NCBI GenBank assembly: GCA_964016885.1
Contig: OZ024743.1
Location: 315,332,001 to 315,396,000 of the forward strand
From: Eledone cirrhosa
Lineage: Eukaryota
Reading direction: 5' to 3'
DNA: 64,000 nt
Shown here: one piece after another, positions 58,464 through 64,000 of the stretch
Position numbering within the stretch: the first letter of the stretch is position 1
Layout: each line of letters begins with the position of its first letter
The notes under the pieces: model-generated
What the model was told of the DNA's origin: nothing
Databases searched by the model: none
The model's input: the letters and a program-made list of their open reading frames with translations, nothing else
Made by a program: the position numbers and the translations under genes

Positions 58464-61226
58464 ATGAATGCTAATCCGTCGCCGTCCCCCAACTCTGGCT
58501 CATCGTCAGCAGCAGCAGCCTCAGCAGCGGCAGCAGCGGCTGCTGTCCACCTCACTGGTTTCGGCTTTGAAAACACAACGGACTTAGGGGGCTGGGGCTA
58601 TGACTGGAACGAGACATGGAACGAAACTATCAACGATGAGCCGTATACTTTATCTCCTGGCATACCTATGCAAACACCTCTTCCACTGTGGTCGACAGTG
58701 ATACTCGGTATCATGGCGGGTGTATGCAGCCTAGTTACTGTACTGGGTAACGCCATGGTGTTGTTTTCCTTTGCTATCGAGCGAACCATTCGCCAACCGA
58801 CCAACTATTTTATAGCATCTTTGGCAATATCTGATCTTTTGATCGGAACATTTTCAATGCCATTTTTCACGTCATATCTTCTGCTGGGATATTGGCCTAT
58901 GGGCCCTTGGCTCTGTGACCTCTGGCTATCGCTAGACTGGACGGTTTGTCTAGCTTCACAATATACAGTATTTCTAATTACAATGGATCGATTTTGCTCT
59001 GTTAAACTTCCAGCCAAGTACCGAAATTGGCGGACGGAAAGAAAGGTAATAATTATGATTGTAGTGATATGGGTGTTACCTATTTCAATTTTTTTCACTT
59101 GCATCATAGGTTGGCAATTTTTTGTTGGAAAGCGGACTGTGGAAGATCGCGAGTGTGAAGTACAGTTCATGAGTGATCCAGTGTTTCTCTTACTATTAAC
59201 AATCGGATATTATTGGACAACATTAATTGTAATGTGTGGTCTATATACAGGTATTTACAGAGTGGCCTTGACGCTGCAGAGAAAATCGGAAGCGAAGCAC
59301 AAAAAAATAAGTGCAGCCATGGAAATGGCGACAGACCAGACACGACAGGGCAACTCACTAAGAGCAGCACATATTGACAAATCGAGGGTTGGTAAGGATC
59401 ACAAAGACGGAAACAACGTGGGGACGACCACGACAAGTTTCAGTTCTAAGCGAAACAGTGAAAAGGAAGAGGAGCGTTCAAGTAGTCCAGCTTTTGCTTC
59501 AGACGATGAAAACAGTAGTCAGTCCCCCAAACCACCCAAGAAACCATCCCCGAAGGATCTTCCACAATTACTATGTGATATTGGGAAAGTTCCTGCCGGT
59601 TTGATTGAAGATGCACCTATGGCAACAAGTAAGAGTCATATTAAAGCCAACGGCAGCAAGAAGATCAAAGGAAATCTAAAGTTTTCAACGAAACAAAGCC
59701 AGAAAGGCAAGAACAATGTAGCAGAAAGTTTAAACAATAGATCTATGTCAAATGCTAACACGAATACCGTTATGGCATTATATGAACCTGCCGAAGTTAA
59801 AACTGCTCACAAGTCATTACGATCGACATCTTTGGTTGATAAACAAAACTCTACAATCCCTCTTCTCATAAATGAAACCAATAAATTTTCCTTTGAAGAA
59901 GGAATTCATGAAACTGAAAATATATTAAAGAGTGGAGATAACGCGGTAGAAAATGTTGGAGGCGATGAAGAGGAAGAAGGGCATCTGATAGATTGCAGTA
60001 TACCTCCTTTAGAAGCTGAAACCGCGGAGAGTGTAAAACTCCTTCCAGAAATCTTCTCTGATGAGACATATTGTGGAGACAACAATTTATTACTGTTGGA
60101 TTCATGCGAACCTGAAATTAATGAAAATCAAAATTCTCCTGTTTGGAAGAGGAGATCTCTAGTCAAATACTCAGCATCATCTCCCGCCATAGATCTGACT
60201 GCTTCTTCATCGGCAGTTGCCGAGGCCAGCTACTCAAGCTACGAGGAAGATGGCGGAGAAGGCGGCGAAGAAGAGGAAGAAATGACCAGTTTACTTCAGC
60301 AGTGTATCTCTCAGCCTTCTTTGATGATGACGACCACAACAACAACACCACCAGCAACTACGATATCCTCAGACCTAACCACTGCTGGAATAGAACCAGA
60401 TATTGATAACACTGCAGCCACAATACTTACGATGGCAATGGAAGAAGTACCTAAATTAATGAATTCTACCGCTTCAGATTTTTCACCCCATTGTCTCGAT
60501 AATTCGTTTCAATTTCCTGACACAAATTACGAGAAAGAACTCGTAGATTTAGCTAACGATGGCGCCATGTTGGGAAGTGAAGGAAAATTACATGATCGAC
60601 CACAACAAGAACAACAACAACCGCACCAGCAACAAGAACCACAAGAAGAAACACAAGAACAACAGCAAGCACCACAACAAACCGTGAACCATCATGAACA
60701 ACAAAAACAACAACAACAACATCAGTTAGAAGAGGAACAAGTAAAACAGGCACAACACCAACAGCACCATCAAGAGCCACAGCAGAAACAGGAAGGGCAT
60801 AAACTCCAGAAACCACATATCGCAAACAATCAAAACGAGGATTTGACAAGTGTAACGTCGAAGCGAAATCTTAAATACAGCAGCCCTTTCCAAACCATAG
60901 TGAAAAACATGGGTAAACAAAAAGTACGTCGGCGATCGAAGAAGGAAAAAACGAAATCAAAATCTGAAAATCGTGCAAGGAAGGCACTCAGAACGATCAC
61001 ATTTATTTTAGGTGCCTTTGTTTTGTGTTGGACACCGTACCATCTGATGGTGGCCATAATTGGTTTGGGAGGAGAAAGTAGTGACATTACCGTCACCCTT
61101 TATAATATTTCCTACTGGCTGTGTTATCTGAATAGTCCGATTAATCCATTCTGTTATGCTTTTGCCAACGTACAATTTAAACGGACATTTTTGAGAATTC
61201 TACGCCTTGATTGGCACCGGACATGA
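58464..61226 (+). CDS. mAChR-B: Muscarinic acetylcholine receptor, protostome B-type (class A GPCR), intronless CDS, 920 aa
   Basis: Uninterrupted ORF with gccATG context and seven TM segments. Motifs: GN (TM1), SLAISD (TM2), [41 protein letters not shown] (TM3, amine-binding Asp158), CWTPYH (TM6), [16 protein letters not shown] (TM7). TVC.xSQYTV and WTPYH match, from recall, Drosophila mAChR-B / C. elegans GAR-1/2 rather than A-type (WTPYN). N-terminal sequons NTT, NET, NET. Confidence 0.93.
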   Translation: MNANPSPSPNSGSSSAAAASAAAAAAAVHLTGFGFENTTDLGGWGYDWNETWNETINDEPYTLSPGIPMQTPLPLWSTVILGIMAGVCSLVTVLGNAMVLFSFAIERTIRQPTNYFIASLAISDLLIGTFSMPFFTSYLLLGYWPMGPWLCDLWLSLDWTVCLASQYTVFLITMDRFCSVKLPAKYRNWRTERKVIIMIVVIWVLPISIFFTCIIGWQFFVGKRTVEDRECEVQFMSDPVFLLLLTIGYYWTTLIVMCGLYTGIYRVALTLQRKSEAKHKKISAAMEMATDQTRQGNSLRAAHIDKSRVGKDHKDGNNVGTTTTSFSSKRNSEKEEERSSSPAFASDDENSSQSPKPPKKPSPKDLPQLLCDIGKVPAGLIEDAPMATSKSHIKANGSKKIKGNLKFSTKQSQKGKNNVAESLNNRSMSNANTNTVMALYEPAEVKTAHKSLRSTSLVDKQNSTIPLLINETNKFSFEEGIHETENILKSGDNAVENVGGDEEEEGHLIDCSIPPLEAETAESVKLLPEIFSDETYCGDNNLLLLDSCEPEINENQNSPVWKRRSLVKYSASSPAIDLTASSSAVAEASYSSYEEDGGEGGEEEEEMTSLLQQCISQPSLMMTTTTTTPPATTISSDLTTAGIEPDIDNTAATILTMAMEEVPKLMNSTASDFSPHCLDNSFQFPDTNYEKELVDLANDGAMLGSEGKLHDRPQQEQQQPHQQQEPQEETQEQQQAPQQTVNHHEQQKQQQQHQLEEEQVKQAQHQQHHQEPQQKQEGHKLQKPHIANNQNEDLTSVTSKRNLKYSSPFQTIVKNMGKQKVRRRSKKEKTKSKSENRARKALRTITFILGAFVLCWTPYHLMVAIIGLGGESSDITVTLYNISYWLCYLNSPINPFCYAFANVQFKRTFLRILRLDWHRT

Positions 61227-61252
61227 AATAAATGTTAACTCTAAGGAAATCC

Positions 61253-61353
<101 letters not shown>

Positions 61354-61484
61354 GCATGTGTGTGTATATATATACACACACATTCATATTCATACGTTAA
61401 TGTATATGAATATATATATATATGCATTTGCATGAAAGTGAATATATGATGCACAAATATATATGTATAACTGTATATGAGTAA

Positions 61485-61521
<37 letters not shown>

Positions 61522-62257
61522 GTATACAAATTATTTATGTGTATAAACGAAAATGGGTGTTTTATTTTGAATGATTGAGTTCGTCTACCTCTGTGTGTGA
61601 AAGACACAATCCAAAATGGTGGAAGACTTGTAATATATCGCAATGACACACACATAGAGAGAGAAAAAATATAGTTGTGATTTAACATGTTGAAGAAGAG
61701 CGATAAGTTAAAATGACTAGAAGACAATTGTAAATATATCTATGGTCGAATAGCAAGACTGAACAAAGAATGTTGGAGTATGTTGAATTTTTTCAAGCAA
61801 CAATGTGTAATTAAAAAAAAAGAAAACCAACATACGAAACACACAACTATACTGTTGTTTAAACTGGAGTATTATGGTGTATTATTTAATGAGTGCCCAA
61901 GTCAATGAATTTAATAGTTTTGTCTCTTTCTGTTCTGTTCATTACACATTAAAAAATATAGAGTTCGTGTATTCACGCATACATATATATATATACATAT
62001 ATGGGGGGGGGGTATATTCATGTATATATATATGTGTGTGGGTGTGCGTGTAGGTGTATGTGTGTGTGAGTGATTGTGTGTGTGGGTGAAAGAGAGAATA
62101 CATAGAGTGCGTATGTGGTGTAGTGTGTGTGAGAGAGAGAAAGAGAGAATATCTGCGCGTGTGAATTTTAACTTAAGCAAAGAGATATTAATTATTTTTT
62201 AAAAAGGACTTTCGAGAAAATACCGAATGGTCCAGCATGCATATTTCACAGGATAAC

Positions 62258-62337
62258 TAATAATAATAATAATAATAATGATAATAATAATAATTATTAT
62301 AACAATGATAATAATAACAATAAAAATAATAATGTTG

Positions 62338-62386
<49 letters not shown>

Positions 62387-62417
62387 TAATAATAATAATA
62401 ATGATAATAATAATAAT
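62258..62417. repeat. (TAA)n microsatellite
   Basis: Direct reading. Dozens of other (TA)n, (GT)n, (GA)n and (ACAT)n tracts are not listed individually. Confidence 0.97.
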
Positions 62418-62669
62418 GGATTTGAAAAAGATATTAAAATGTATTTTTAATTGATTAAAACTGCACCAGCACAACTACACTGTTACATAAAGTGTTTCTA
62501 TAACCAGAGAAATAAATACACCTGCATATTTAGATTTATACATACATTCATACACCTTCCTATATGTTTTTTGAATGTGTGAACACAACGTGTGTAATAG
62601 AGAGAGAATATGTACGAAATACGTTATATATATTTATGTATGTGTATGTATATATGTATACATACATAC

Positions 62670-63168
<499 letters not shown>

Positions 63169-63405
63169 TATATATATATATATATATATTATAGTTAAAA
63201 CAGAAAACAAAAACAAAGCGAAGAGTGCAGTACAAAGTGTTAGTATTCGGTTCACGCTTGATATATATATATATACAAATGCCTATACATGTATACCTAT
63301 ACACACATATATATGTATATATATATACAAATGCCTATACATGTATACCTATACACACATATATATATATATATATATACAAATGCCTATACATGTATAC
63401 CTATA

Positions 63406-63483
<78 letters not shown>

Positions 63484-63881
63484 CTTGTATATATTTATGT
63501 GCACACATAGAGATCTACCTATATATGTGTGTGTGGGTGTGCGTGTAATACACTCACATAAAACAACATATGATACAGATAGGTTTGCAAGCTCGTAAAA
63601 TAATATACAAATCACCGACATTAAAATGTTCAACAAAATCTGGACAGTTTATTAACATTTCAAAGGATCTAAACGTGTATCTCAAACCTCACGCTGATTA
63701 AACCTATGTAAACGTTAAATGCCTCAACTCCTATAAGAATTATTTCCTGTAGAAAAGATGTTTCAAATGAACTAAGGAAATACAGTAACGAGATAATTTT
63801 GATTCCCCAGATAATGTTGAACAAGTCATCACATATTCGTACATATACACACACTATGTTATCTATCTCTCTATCTCTCTA

Positions 63882-63915
<34 letters not shown>

Positions 63916-64000
63916 ACTCTCTCTCTCTATATCTCTCTCTCTCTCTCTCTCTCTCACTCTCTCTCTCTCTCTTATATATATATATATATTTAATAATGTG

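Noticed and set aside
58598-61096. Antisense and alternate-frame ORFs within the receptor gene
   Set aside because: Short, without recognisable motifs, and expected by chance opposite a long CDS.

Overview
AT-rich, microsatellite-saturated animal DNA, most likely from an octopus/coleoid cephalopod (inferred from the SINE families and repeat landscape, not verified). There is one host gene: a single-coding-exon B-type muscarinic acetylcholine receptor (58464-61226, +) with a ~575-aa third intracellular loop. A splice acceptor at 58176 suggests that much of the upstream window is 5'-UTR intron. The rest is mobile DNA: a decayed full-length R4/Dong-clade RLE retrotransposon in (ACAT)n, two tandem Dong-like copies plus a Tx1-like fragment in (TAA)n, RTE LINEs, two Penelope-like (PLE) GIY-YIG fragments, tRNA-SINEs, Helitrons and mariner MITEs. 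The main finding is about ten sequence-unrelated families of short non-coding inserts in (TA)n tracts that share one architecture. Each has a minimal type-I hammerhead ribozyme fold, usually followed by AATAAA; most are fold-back inverted repeats in which exactly one arm carries an extra tail. The tails share a ~12-nt motif (YRTYGAGTRCTY) about 40-90 nt from the (TA)n junction. The same architecture brackets a GIY-YIG coding fragment, tying the system to PLEs. All structures were read by eye, and repeat coordinates are approximate.
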